A stretch of DNA of 64,000 bases from Cycas panzhihuaensis (GCA_023213395.1 CM041465.1:87489741-87553740), one strand, 5' to 3'. Numbered from the stretch's first letter, positions 1 through 13,600 are shown. Translations and numbers: made by a program. The notes: generated by a model not told the origin, from the sequence alone.

Positions 1-3000
1 CAGGAGACTCTTCAGAAGAGTCAGAGGGTGACCTCTTATTACAGGTAATGGGAGGTTCCCTTGCCTTATCACTCGAAGAGGACGATGAGGTAAAATATGA
101 AGTGAGATGGGAAGTCACACAAGAAATGAGAGTAACGTGTGACTCGACAAGAAGGCCAGGCTCCTCAACAGAAGAAGCTTCAGGTTAGGACTCAAAACGA
201 AGCGAATAACCCCTACTCAGGTTCAAGAGGGATATGGGATGAGGCAGGTCCTCATCCTCACCGTCAGACTCATCGTCACTCAACATGGTGAGGTACCTAT
301 AACTCCCCACACCAATATGAGTGAAATGAATGAGGTTGGAGGAAGAAGAGGAAGGGCCCTCTTTCGAACAAGATGGACTAGGAATGTTAATAGAGCAAGT
401 GAAAGCAGGGGTGGATGGGCCCTTATTGCCCTTTACTAGGCCACGAATCGCTTAATGGGATTGATGCGATTACTTGGTGGGAGGAGGCTCCCAAGCAACA
501 ACCTTCATTTTCCCTTTGTGGACGAACTTGAGTTGCCCCCAACGAGACAAACACATGGCTCCCATTTGGTTGAGCCATGGATGTCCCAACAAAAGATTAT
601 AGTCCACCTCTATGTCGAGGACCACGATATCAGTGAGGATGGTTTTATCCTTAAGGGTAAGAGAAATAGAGACACACCCTAAAGGCGTTTTCTTACTACC
701 ATCATAGCCTTGACAACGCTATGGGACTAGCTTAAGAGTCGTTATGCCTAACTCTTGCATGATTCACAAGCACGTAGCATTGATAGAAGAACCCTTGTCT
801 ACAATAGTTCTTCGAAGAGTACACCCAGGAGTGTCTATGGATATAGTGAAAGGATAGTGCCATTGGCATTCCCTTTTGCTGGTTAGAGGGAGATCTTTAA
901 GGTTAAATGAGATAACAGGTTTATGGCTTAGGGCAACACCCAAGGCATGAATGGAAGCGTCAGCCAATCCTAAAGTCTCAAGGAGGAAAGCGTGCTGCTC
1001 TTGATAGCTCCTCAAAACGTCCATCATGGACATCCCTACAGCCTCGATGTGAAGCTTGTTAATGATGGAGAAGGGATTTCCCTTTCCAGTGGGTTGGAGA
1101 AACGCCCTTCAAAAATTATAATGACCAGGGCAAACGAGAATTGTCTTATGGAGTGGCGGAATCTCTAAAAGAGGATTCTCCAAAGGAGGATCAAGCAGAG
1201 AGGAAGAAGAGGCTCCTATGACCTCTTTGGCTACTTCAGACTGAGTCAAAGTATACAAAGGCATGGTCTCAAGCATCTGGATAACTCTCTTTCCCTTATT
1301 TTTGGATTGAGAGGGAGAAGGGGTTTGGCGAGAATCAGAAGAGGAGGAAGAGTTCCTTATCCCCTTCCCCTTAGCTTGCATTGGGCAAGGGTTAGGGGAT
1401 CTTCCCCTATTTTAATTCCCCCTTTGCTAATCTCATTCCCCATGGGTATGCTGATCTCATTTCCCATGTTTGGGGAAAGGTTCTCTATGAACGGGTTGGT
1501 CTAGATTAGGCTTAGATGCCCATTTAGAAGAGGAGTCATGATGCATGGCAGATTTGGAATATTGTGCCCTGCATTACAAGTCCTCATAGAAATAATCGCT
1601 ATGAATAGAGCACTATTTCTTCTCTAAGGAAGAGTTCATCTTCCTCGCTTGAAAAGCATGGGTATTTCCATTCTTAGAAGACGCAGCTTAGAAGGCTTGA
1701 TGAATAAGTTTATGAGATGTCGACGATGAAGGAGGAGCTTGGAGTTTAAGTTCCTTCATCGTACATTCGAAAGGTGTATGGTAGAAGTCAATGGATCCAA
1801 GGTCTTCTCTGTCGAGTGGGTCGAAGACTTAGAAGGTTGTTGAGTTTTAGTGTTGCGAGATAGAGAGGGTGCCTCACATCGTTACGATGACTTAAGAGGT
1901 TTTTTAAGACCCACTTAGATCTCAATAACCTCAAGAGTCAAACATTTGGCTATGGTAGAGTCACATGTGGTTGCCCCCATCTTGAGGACCTTAACATGTA
2001 CTTCAGGATGAAGGGCATTCACAAAAAGGTTTATTTTTAACTCTTTAGACAGGGTTGCCTTTGTGGAGTAGAGGAGATCATGAAAATGCCTAATAAAGTT
2101 ATGATTCATTTCCTCGTGACCTTATTTGAGGGATAAAAGGGCCTTCATTCCACTCTCGAAGGGGCGAGTGACGTTAAAGTAGTTAATGAACTCATCTACG
2201 AGCTGTTGGAATGAGTGAATTAAATGCATAGAAAGGCAATAGAACCACTTGAGGACATCACCTTATAAGGAACACGAGAAGAGCTTCATCAAGATATGAC
2301 CGTAAGCCCAATAGTCGATACACAACATAGAAAAGCTTATGATGTGTTCCGTTAGGTCTTGAGAAGAGGTCCCATCGAACTTGGGTACCTCAAGAGGATG
2401 ACACGATTAGTCCTTAGCACCTCGATCGATAAGGAGTTGACCTATAATCCACAAAGGGACGGGCCCTTAGTTGAATTCTTAAGGTCAACGAAGGATGAAG
2501 GAGGAAGTAGGCCAAGGTGCCCAAATCCTCCTTGGGAAACTTGGCCCAAAAGGGGATATGAACTTCTTCCTACTTGGTGGGAGGAACTAATCTCGGTGTG
2601 AGGGATTGAAAAAGGAGCGGATGGGTAGGAAGGACCTATGCCCCTTGGGTATGCCCTTTGTTGAAAGGGGCTTGGGAGAGGGTTCCTTGAGAAGGGCTTA
2701 TCCTCCTTGTGAAGGCACCATATATGAAGAGATGTGAGAAGAAGGAATAGATAGGTGTGGGGAATTTTACCCATATAGGCCACACATGGGTGGCACAACA
2801 CCATATGGATGAAGGGGTCCACCTCATAGACAAGAATATAATTCCCTTTACCCTGCCCCCATGGTTGGAAAGTATATCCTAGGGGTACGTAAAGAGATGA
2901 ATCCTTAGGTTGAGCATAGGGGTACGTGGGGATTTATCCTACATGGCTGGAAGTAGGGGGACACGTAGGCCTCCTAGGTCTAACAGAAGGTGGATGAACC

Positions 3001-3655
3001 ATGGTTGGCTGAGGTGTGGTTGCATGACTAGGAGGAGGTATACTCAACCCAAGTTCGGAAGTGGGCATACCTCGAGTAGCCCCTAAAGAATACAGGCCAC
3101 TAGAAGAGGAAGAAGCAATGAGGGACATCCTCGTTGCAGATAATAAAATTGAGTGGGATGAGTGCGAGGGTGCGAATGTGGAGGAGGAGGGTACCATACT
3201 TGCATATGCTTTCCAACCACTTGGGAAGAGGTTGGAGACTAGCCACTTAAAAGCGATTAAGCACTTCCACCACATCCATAGGAGGGGTTCCCACTTGCTC
3301 GTATGAGGTTGAAGGATCCTTATATGAAGTGGACCCCATAAGGCGATCCTTATGGGCATTGTCATAAAGATGGTGATACCTCATGGGGGAAGAAGCTTCC
3401 ACATCGTGGGTGGAAAGATGATGGACATGTGGGTGCTCTTGATCACCTGAATAAAAGATGGGGTCTTCACCCTCTTGGTTGGGACCTTAGAAAGAGGTTA
3501 AAGGTTGATATGTTTTGAAAACGTAGGCATGGTATGCCCAATCCGAAGAGAATCCCTCCGTAGCTGGTTCAGAATCAGACAACGGAAGGAGGAAATAAGG
3601 TGAATCTTCTAAAGAAGGAGGGAGACCTCGCAAATGACAAGAGAATTGTCACATA
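1..3655 (-). pseudogene. Degenerate gag and aspartic protease of copy A
   Basis: Retrotrans_gag-like segment (PKFDG...HILMKLFSCSL.GDVLKWFY) at ~2230-2400; protease IVDKG at ~790; C-terminal DVEVDYNLLLG..WL.QM at ~560-620. Many stops and frameshifts. Confidence 0.85.
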
Positions 3656-3794
3656 CAAGTCCCTCCTAAGATTTGGAAGAAAGAGAAATGACAGAATGAT
3701 AAATGTTGAGGGTTTCTCAACGAATCAAGAAGAACTATCAAAGGAGAGGTAGCGCCAAAAGAAAGGAAACTAACATAGACCCTTTACTAATGAG

Positions 3795-3812
3795 TCCCCA
3801 GTATGGTCGCCA
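3795..3812 (-). promoter_or_regulatory. Primer-binding site, tRNA-Arg type (TGGCGACCATACTGGGGA)
   Basis: Starts 1 nt after the LTR-terminal CA. Resembles the complement of the plant tRNA-Arg 3' end (the TGGCGACTCCACTGGGGA type seen in Ogre/Tat elements). Confidence 0.8.
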
Positions 3813-3813
3813 G

Positions 3814-6800
3814 TGGAAGTGCACCTCTGGGGGGTCACCAGATGCAAGGGGATTAAGCCTATACACTCATTAATTACGAGGCTAAAGGATCCTTGGAAGC
3901 AAACGAAAGGATTACCCACAAAAGGTGTTGGCGCATTAGAACACAGGTTTGAGGACTCACAAATGGTGCATAAACCTTCCCTTATGGTGAGCACCTTCTC
4001 AGATTTGAGATGGGCAAGGGGCTCCCTTGGTTTACCAAGTAGCCTCAAAGGTACCCTCCTATCCTAAATGGTCAAAGAAGGAGAGTTCAGATGAAAGGCA
4101 CCTTTCCCAGGAAAGAGGGAGAGGAGGTGGTAGATCCCAATGGAGAAAGGGGTACCTACAGATAAGAAAGGAATGGTGGATAATGAGGGTGCAAAGAGGA
4201 GGTTCGGTGGAAAAAGACCAACTCTTAAATGGAGGTAGGGCAAGATGATGCCTTATAAAAAATGAGCATCTTGAGGAGGATGCTCCCAAGATGCCAACAC
4301 CTTAGGCGGATAGTTGGATGTGTGGGGCATTATGCAAGGTATCTTTTATTTTGTTTTATAATGAATAGGGTGGTGTTATGAAGTGTTGTTATTTTTTATT
4401 TATCACAAATTAAAAGGAGAAGGAAAATAACAATAACACTCTCTTTCGATTCTTACCTCTCCCTCTCTTTTCTTTTACAAATATCAATAAAAGCAAAGGA
4501 ACCAAGAAAGCTGGAAATTGTATGAAGAGAATATAACAACTAGTGCAAGCTACCCTGGTAGTGCATGGGGAGAAAAAAAAATGGTAGTGATAGAGGAGCT
4601 CACAACCCTTTGTACCCTTAGCCTAATTGATGTGAGGGTCATGCAAGAAAAGGGGAAGGAAATGCAATAAAGGTAGGAAACTACTCCATTAGTAGGGTTA
4701 ATACCTACACATACAAAATAGTGGTTTCTTTCCCTAATGAGCAAATCAAGAAATTTGCAAGCAACGGTATCGTAACCTTTTCTTTTTCCTTTTTCCTTCT
4801 TTAGGAAATGGGGGAGAAGGGTGAGCAAGAAGATAGGGTAGGAAGAGGTGCACCTGGAACCAAGATGGCCGGTGTAGTAAACCCTTCTCTTTTCTCACGA
4901 TCCTCTTTCGCCTGCCTAGTGCTCCTTACTGCGGTTGGTGTCGTAGGGGAACTACCAGCGGGGCTTCCTTATCTTCCCTAAGAACTAGTGCAGGAAGAAA
5001 CCAAAAGAAAAAAAAGAGTCACTCACAAAGAACGTTCAAAGCAAAATAGTGAAAATAAAAAAGGTGTACGTACCTTCCACGATGATCTTCGCTTGCTCCA
5101 AAAGGTGAGACCTGAACAACAAGTTGTTTCTCCCCTTCCCACGGGTGCTAGATACACATAAGAATAAATGTACACTCATATATGTGCATGTATGCTTATT
5201 GAAAGAAAAAGGACATGATCTTATATAAATGTCTTTTAAATAAACATAATATGTGATCTAAACTTTGCTTTGCATGCATGTAAAATGCTCCAACAACTAT
5301 GGGAAAAGGGGGCTAGAAAGGGAGAGAAAGATAGCCTTGAAATAGCTAGCCCCCTGAGTAAGGTACCTCCACATATCTAAGCGCTCTAGACCAATGGTTC
5401 AAGCAAGAAGTTAAAGCTTTCAAGTGACAGAAAGGCAACAAGGCTTGTGAGTAGTAAAAGTTGTAAAAAATGCAAAAGTTATAAAAGTTGCAATATGTAA
5501 CTTTTGCAAAATTTGCAAGATGAGGCTAGAAGCTTGCAAACTACAAAGACTTGTTGTAAAAATCAGATTTTAATGGAATATAAAATCTAGTTACAGGCGT
5601 TGCAAGTAGTTGTGAATGCTACAACCGGCAAAATCCCTTCCCTTAAGGGTTTTTGGGTTCACAAGAGAGGTATAGGGTGAGAAAAGTTGCAAAGGATAGA
5701 GGATTGCCCTAGAGGAGATCGCCAAGAGGGTCAAAACCTTAGCCTCAAACTCCTTTCTCCCTTTGCTGCAGCCTTTTCTCTCAACCTTCTTGGTAAGAAC
5801 CTAAGAGAAACCTCAAGGCATGGAGGAAATGAGCTGGGAAGAGGAAGTGTTTGCCTTCCAGAAGAGAAGTGTATGGCAGGGTTTACAAAAGAAAACTAAA
5901 ATAATATGCAAGAAACCCTGTTGCCAAGAGAAAGAGATGACCAAACGCAGGTCTAAAAATCCCTGCTAAAATTGGTTTAAAATAATTTTACCTCATGAAG
6001 TGGTTGGGAGAGAAGGGTCTCCCTAGAAGGATAGATGAGAGATCCCTGCAACGATGCTAGAAAGAAGTGAAACCTATAAGAAAACTTGATACCAATGACT
6101 TGATGGAGCACTTGGGAGGAGGACCTATTCAGATCAGGCTACTATAGACCTGTGACTTAGGGTTTTACCCTAAGGAAGGAAGAGACGAGAGTGAAGAGTA
6201 GGAGGGGCTAAAGAGAAGCTTTCTTTTTTCCAAAAGTGAGTCAAAAAGAGGAAAAATGAGCTAAATTTTGGGTTTTTAAACCTAACCCTAACTTACTGGG
6301 CGATTAGGGATCGCCCTAGGCTGGAAACAGCCCAATGCAGCGTGTATGTTTCACGTTTAATATGAAACTAGTTGTGGTAGGCCAAAAACTAAAAGTGGAC
6401 AATCGCACCACGCCAAACTTCATGGTATCACAAAGTTTGTCGTGGTACCACGAATAATGCAGTGATGCGCTTAAAACAAGGTGAAAACAAAAGGGGAGCC
6501 TAGAAGGCTCCCCAAAAAGGGGTTCCTAGACCCCAAAAGGCCAAAATAATGAGTTGTTGGGGTATCTAGGGGATTTTAAGAGTTGGTGAGACCATAAGAA
6601 GCGAGGAAAAGGTGGTAACTAGGCCTCGTGAGGAACAAGTGGCAAGTGAGGATGGTGATCAGGCCTAAACGGGTCGTTAGGGATCACATCACACCAAAAG
6701 GTGGTAAAGAACAAGCTGCAGGAGCTGAGAGTACTTGAGGATGATGTGGAGGCATTATGGAGGGCCATGAGGAGCCATGGGATGTTAGTCCTGAGTTATC

Positions 6801-6993
6801 ATAGGCTAAAGTAGTTGATGCAAACATATGCAAGCAAGCCAGGCATAACAATCATGCAGTCGATTAATAACATGCCAAATGTGTCTAATGACAATTCAAT
6901 TACATCTTGAAGTCAATGAAAAGTGAAGATAGAAATATACTTGTACTTACTTGAGAGGTGCCGTCCATGTCCATTCCCAGTAGCTAAGAAACA
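3814..6993 (-). repeat. 5' LTR of copy A (~3.18 kb)
   Basis: Aligns end to end with 34658-37851. Minus-strand termini TGTTTC...TTCCA. Flanked on the right by ATACC (6994-6998). Confidence 0.92.
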
Positions 6994-9900
6994 ATACCTA
7001 AGAAATCAATTGTATGCTTGTAAAATGACAATTAATGTCTTTATCTTTGTCCATTTACAAAGACTTAAAGAGATTAGAGATCTATTAATTGCTATAGGTA
7101 AAAACGTTAAGGAGAGTGAATTGGTGAGCATAACCTTAAATAGCCTCCATAAAGGCTATCATATTTTTGTTACCAATTTATGCTTAACAAAGAGATCATG
7201 GCCTTTAATATTTGAAGAGTCAGTCAAACTTATTTTGTATGAAGAATAACTCATGGGTGGATATGTTGGTAGTAGTGGTAGTACGGTATTAACCCGTAAT
7301 TTAAGAAGAAATTATAGTTGAATACTCCTAAACCAACTCACACACTCTCTCCTAGCACAAGTGAATCGAAAGGAAATAAGGACATCACATGCACTTATTG
7401 CAAAAAGGTTGGTCACTTTGAGAAAAACTATTGAAAGAAAAAGCTAGATAAAAAGAAGAAGAGTACTGATAAACCCATATCTCTATCTGTTGATGATAAA
7501 AAAGTCTTTATGTTCAATGATATTTGAGGCACTGTAGGTTCCTGGTATATTGATTCAAGAGTTTCAAACCATATCACTTTTCATAAGGAATGGTTTAAGG
7601 AACTCAAAGGTGGAAATAGTTCAATCATAATTCATGGTGATAATAGTCAACACAAAGTAGTAGGTAAAATTATAATTATTTTTAGGCAATCTAGCAATAA
7701 GATTTGTATTTCTAATGTGTTGTATGTATCATCTTTTAGATATAACTTACTTTCTGTAAGTCATATAACTAAGTTGAATTTGAAAGTGGGGTTTGATGTT
7801 GTGAAATATATCATGTCATCAAAGATGATAATTTTGTAATTATTTAAGGAGTCTAAGAGAATGGTTTATATAAATTCTTTGGCTTACGTGAGCATAGTTT
7901 TATTACAACTTTATTTGATGCATTATGGCATGCTCATTTTGGTCATTTGAACTACCACAACTTTTACTTGTTAAATAAGCTAAAGATAGTATATGATCTT
8001 TCTCTAGTATAAAAGTGCAATAAAATCTATAATGCTTGTGCATTATGAAAATAACATAGAGAAATTTTTCTGAAATCTACTTGGTGAGCTAAAAATAAGT
8101 TGGAGCCGGTACACTTAGATTTATGTGGACTAATCACACGAATTTTATTTAAAGGAGTAAGATATTTCATGATCTCCATTGATGACTTGACCAAGAAGAT
8201 ATAGATTTATCTTCTGAAAAACAAGTCAAAAGCAATTGTAAAATTTAAGGAATTCAATGTTGAAGCAAAATTTTTTTCTAAAAATAAGATTAAAATTCTA
8301 AGAAGTAATAGTGGAGGTAAATATCTCTCATTCGAGTTCATTACATTCTATAAGAAATATGGCATCAAAAGACAATTAACAACATCTTATACCCTATACC
8401 ATAATGGTGTTGCTGAAAGAAAAAATCACACCATTGTTGAAATTATGAGATGTATGCTCAATTCTAAAAACGTGTCTAATTGCTTATGGGCTAAAGCAGT
8501 GAACACAATAATGTATATTTTAAATAGAAATTTTATAATAGTTGTTCGAAATATGACTCCTAAAGAGGCTTAGATAGGAAAAAAAAATCCTCTATTTATA
8601 ATCTTCGTGTCTTTAAATGTACTGCTTATGTTTATATACTTGATGAAAAGTGACAGAAACTTAATGATAAAAGTTGCAGGTGTATTTTTGTAGGATATAG
8701 TAAGTTGTCCAAAGCTTATAGACTTTGGAATCCTTTATAAAATAAGATTGTAATTAGTAGGGATATACTCTTTTCTCAGCTTGATAAGAATATAATTCTT
8801 GTTATAATTATTAATGTTGAAAGTACAAAGGTAAAGAGTGAAACTAGTGTGAAGAAAGAAGAGAGCATAGAATTACTTGTGGATATTTGAACTTCTTTAA
8901 AATTACCTAAATGTTATACCCAAACTATAAAAGATTCCATGATTAGTAATATTGACATTAGTTTAGGTGTGCAAACACATAACAAAGTAAAATTTATGCT
9001 GATATCTAATGTCTTAAATATAGGTGAACCTGAATTTTTTACTGAAGCTAAAGATGTATCTCATTGGCAGTTAGCAATATAAGAGGAATATAACTCAATA
9101 TTGAAGAATGATACTTGAGATCTTATTGAGCTTCCACTTGGGAGGAAAGTAATTGGTTACAAATGGGTATACAAGGTGAAGTATCAATTAAATGGCGATA
9201 TTGATAGATACAAGGTTCGACTTGTAGCTAAAGGTTATGTTCAAATTGAAGATGTATATTTTGAAGAAACCTTTGCACCGGTGGTAAAAATGACTATCAT
9301 CCGATTACTAACTACCCTTGCATCTCAATTTGGTTGGAAACTTCATTAAATGGATGTTAAGAGTGAATTTTTTCGTGACATTTTTTATGAAGAAGTTTAT
9401 ATGCAGTAACCTATAAACTTTGTATAAACTGGCTAGGAGAGACTTGTATGCAGGTTAAAGAAATCTTTATATGGGTTGAAATAGGCACCAAGAGCATGGT
9501 ATACTTGTATTGATGAATATTTCTTCACTTCTAATTTCATACATTGTGAATCATATCACAATTTATACATCAAACATGAGAATGATGAAATACTTATTGT
9601 TGTTCTTTATGTTGTGTTGGGTAATGTGATAACAATAGTTGGAGGCTAAAATTTTGACATGTTAGTAGCGCAGGTTCCTCCCAAACCTTCCTTGGGGGAT
9701 TCTAAGGGGGGCGGGAGCCCCCATTGGCCAGAGGAGTCTTGGGTGTGGGCCCCATGAAGGGGTTTCAGGGGCAATAGGCCTCGACCCAAAAATTTAACAC
9801 TAGAAGAATATTAAATTGTAAAGAGAATCATGGTCGTTCACTCAAAATACCCTAGATTCTCTGATTGAGATTTGTGCCTTGGATGATGCTCTCATATAGC

Positions 9901-11045
9901 CTGATTTAGGACATTTTTCATTATGTTGATAGTGTTCAATGTACTGTGAGGAGTTCGACAGCTGGTTGTTGTTCTTTGTCGACACTCTGCTCTGAGATCA
10001 TGTACATTTTCTCTATTCTGTGAAAATAAAGATCGATACCTTTCTTATGTAGGCGTTTCCTAACACCTTTGTTAGGGTTTTATCACGCTATATCAGGTGT
10101 ATTTGTGTGCTTGGCTTTCTTGTTCAGTTTATTGTTTTATCTCTGGTTTAAAAACTTGCATGTAATTTTTAATTTCGATTTTTGTAACTAGTTACAAGAA
10201 TAGTTTAGATCTTGGTGGCAGTTTAAGGGTTGGGACCTTGTCTTCTCAACATGTTGATGATCTTATTTTCACTTGAAGTAGCACTTCTTAGATATAATCT
10301 CTTAAAGAAGACATTTCTAAAGTCTTTGAGATGTCTGATTTTGGTATTCTGCATTATTACCTTGGTTTGAAATTTTGGTAGAATGAAGACATCATATTTG
10401 TTTCATAGTCTAAGTATACATATATTTTGATAAAACATTTTCATATAGAAGATTGTAAGTTAATCGCTACACTTATAGAGGTTGGCCCTAGGACTATTGA
10501 TGGCATATTGTACAGATAATTAGTGAGAAGTCTCATTTATCTCACTAATACTAGACCTGGTATTAATTATGATGCTAGTATTATAACTTGTTTTATGAAT
10601 GCTCCTTTCATTAGAAAGCAACTAAGTGCATATTGAGGTATACCAAAGGCACTATTAGATTTAGACTTTTATTCTCAAGAGCTTACGAGTTCAAGGTGCA
10701 TAATTATACTAACTTAGATTGAGATGGAGATGTTGATGATAAAAAATCAATGACATAATTTTTATTTATATTTGGTTTTGGTTTGATTTCTTGGTGCAGT
10801 AAAAAGTAGACTACCATCTCATTGTCTTTTATAGAAATAGGATATAAATTCACTGTTGCAACTGCATATGAAGCAATTTGGTTAAGGAAGTTACTTGAAT
10901 ATTTTAAGCTTTTTCAAGATGAGCCTATACAATTGTTTTGCGATAGTTAAAGTGCAATTCAATTATTGAAGAATCTAATATTTCATGCCAGGACAAAGCA
11001 TGTCTAGGTATATTATTATTTTATTTGAGAACAAGTGCAGAGGAT
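6994..11045 (+). mobile_element. Ty1/Copia retrotransposon, 3' portion (gag C-term, zinc knuckle, PR, IN, RT, RNase H); degenerate, no 3' LTR seen
   Basis: YLRNQLYACKM (6995), CTYCKKVGH (~7390), WYIDS (~7545), LWHAHFGHLN (~7925), VHLDLCG (~8110), IGYKWVYK (~9150), LKKSLYGLK (~9455), LYV/DDL split at 9610/10252, FHARTKH (~10981). Domain order IN-RT-RH is Copia-type. Confidence 0.93.
9615..10251 (+). mobile_element. Solo LTR (637 bp) inserted in the Copia RT YVDD codons
   Basis: Termini TGTTG...CAACA; 5-bp TSD TGTTG (9610-9614 / 10252-10256). Homologous inverted copy at 54725-55370. Strand assignment is only relative. Confidence 0.9.
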
Positions 11046-11049
11046 GTCT

Positions 11050-13600
11050 CTAAATTCGTGGGTAGTCTTTGCAGGAGGAGAAGGGTTAAGTAGTGGGTGG
11101 TTGTGGCATGTGGTCTGCAGTAATGGAGAATGGGAGCAGAAGGAAGTCTTTCTTATGCCTCCCATTTCCATGGCCTTCTCCACACATCCGTTTTCAATTT
11201 GCACGCTCTGTCTTCCTTTTCGTCGGATGATTTGATGGCAGAGGGTTTCTGTGGATTTTGAGAAGGGATGTCTCTGTAGTCTGAGGGCTTTCTGGCTTGG
11301 GCGGAAAGGGAAAACTCAATTCTTTAACTCGGTAATATCGTGAACTGAGGAATGCTAGTTTTACCTGCACCGCCCAAGCCCGTTGCTTTCGCTACACATC
11401 CCTTTTCTTTCCACATTCACGATTCCGTTTCTCCTGTCGAACAAGGTAGGAAATTTACGTCATGTTTTACTGGCTTTCGTTTTTCTCAGTACACGATAAA
11501 TGTAGTTTTCTCAGTTTGTGATCTGGGAAAGTACAGGGTGTTCTTTTGATCTGTAGAAGATTTTCTGAGGCTATATCTTTTAGATCTGTAGTTGATCTCG
11601 TTATGGGTTTAACGTGATAGTCTTTTGTTAAGATTTTGTGTCATGTCTTTTATGCGGTACGTATGCATCGTTTCAGGACGGGTAGTGTGTTTGTTATTCC
11701 AGGTTTTAGCTTTTTCCTATTTCCAGATATTTCTCTCTGCTATTTAATAGGGATTTTGTAAATTCTTGTTTTCTGAAGACTTAGGCGCTAGACATTATTT
11801 CAGGTCTTTTCGAAACTTTCTATTGTTATTTCTAGAGGGTTGTTTTTCTAACGCGTGTATTTGCGGTTTTGCTTGTGTTTGCCTTAATTCCAACCGAGAC
11901 TAAGTTTGCAAGCTAGGGTTGGACATTTTAGAGTAGGGTTCCAGTTGATCACAGGTAGTGCGTGTACACAATTTTTATGTGTCGAGTTCCAGCTTTACTT
12001 TCGATGGTAGTAGGATGTAATACTATACTATATTGGGATTCAGGCCAAGTCTGCCAGGTTAGAGTTGGATTTCTTTTCCCGAGGGCAGGGTTTCGGCTTA
12101 TCCAAGTTAGTCGATGTATATGGTTTTCATGCACTCAGCTGCATTTAAACATGCAGTAGTATTTAGAGTGCATTATTATGTTTGGATTCTTTTATTTGTT
12201 TCTTTAATTTTATTTAACTGCTATTTTGAATGGCCATTATTTTGTTGAGTCTAAATATTTGCTTTTAATTTTGATCTTGTTTAGATCGATTCCTTTCAGC
12301 CAATGAGAAATTCATTCGACTTAAGAGAGAATCATTTTGGCTGTGTTTCTGTACATTCTGATTTCAGCAAATACTAATTTGTTAGCCTTAATCAGAAGTT
12401 GCTAACAAGGGATTGAGATTAGCGGATTGCTTTTCAGTAAGTCTGTTGAACTGTTCAAGCAATCGATCATCTATAACACAGAACGCATACCTAAAAATGT
12501 ATCATGGTTTGTTGCATATGAAATTTTCTGTTATGTGAATCTTGTACAGAAGGGTGTTCCTCTTCGGAAATGTATGTTGCATTTGCTGCCTCGATGGATA
12601 AACATAGCCATTTTCCTTATGGCAGTTGCTCCAAGGCTAGAGAATTTTTATAGGTTGTAAGCTTCTGTATGCCAAGGGAATGAGTCCTGCTTCTGTTGTG
12701 GCAAGTGTTTGATTAGCGAGTCCAAATATGCTGGTAGTTTCCATTCTGTGTAGACTGCATGGAAGACTTTGGTATTCTGTACAGGTCTGAGTTGGGTCGT
12801 TGTGCACCTTTACAAATATGCTAGTGCCAGCTAGGTTTCTGAGAGAAATGGATCTCCTCCTACTGTCTGACACAAAAGTTGGCTGTTATGTATCAGGATT
12901 TTATCCATGGTTAACTTTGAAAGTATTTATTTCTTGTCATCGTGCCTATAGAATCAACGAAGTTCAAGAATACAGAAATCAAAGTCTTATATTCAGACTC
13001 TCAGAGGGAGTTTATTTGTATCTCATTGATACACTTAGCTTGAGGAAATGATGAATCAGTAAGCTAAATCAGAACAAATGTAGCATGCAAAGCGAGAAGG
13101 CATAAGTTTTGAAACTCTTAACCATTAGTTTCTAATAGGTTGTGCAATTCAACATTCGTCCTAGATCTCTTAAATACCAGCCAAATAGGGGGAAAGTTGT
13201 AATTATAAAGACTCTTTTTCAAATGTAAAATGTGTTTTAATTCAAAAAAATTATATTAAACATTTTGTGAACCATAAAATTTATTGCCTTGGTTATTTTG
13301 AAGTTTTGAGTTTGAAGTGCCTAGTCTTGTTTAAGTTTTTGATGTGCATGGTAAATTGCGGAAGAAATGTTGGACTACTTCACTTTGGTACTAGTCCAAT
13401 GCTTTTATTGATTCATCCATGGAGGAGATTTCTGAGTACACATTACAATTGGATCATTTGGTGTTGTAATTATTAGTTTTACCTCACTATTTTTGTTCCT
13501 AACTTGAAATTGTTGTGATACAAAAGGGCTAGACTTCTAAAGTTATACCCATCAATGTTCTAATAAAATGCCGTAAATAGAATATATATGATTTGCCTAG
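11050..13600 (+). other. Putative 5' end of a host transcription unit (first exon and T-rich first intron)
   Basis: Not repeated in the window and retains CpG. A CT-rich leader ends in AACAAG|GTAGG (donor at 11446), followed by T-rich intron-like sequence. No protein homology recognised. Confidence 0.4.

Larger units (their letters stand above)
1..6993 (-). mobile_element. Ty3/Gypsy Tat-type LTR retrotransposon, copy A, 5' part (protease-gag, PBS, 5' LTR); continues beyond the window start
   Basis: Minus-strand translations are colinear with gag/protease of copy B (MSMMDVLRS...LRRTIVDKGSSINA; RHFHDLLYSTKATLSKELK). PBS at 3795-3812; LTR at 3814-6993. Confidence 0.9.

Noticed and set aside
5450-5560. 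AAAAGTTGC/TTGCAA repeats as a CRISPR-like array
   Set aside because: Irregular low-complexity LTR repeats with no spacers, in a eukaryotic context.
6276-6292. AAACCTAACCCTAA as interstitial telomere
   Set aside because: One or two degenerate units within the LTR (also at ~37133); at most a telo-box.
12670-12690. TGCCAAGGGAATGAGTCCTG as miR399-like
   Set aside because: Too many mismatches and no clean miRNA/miRNA* duplex.
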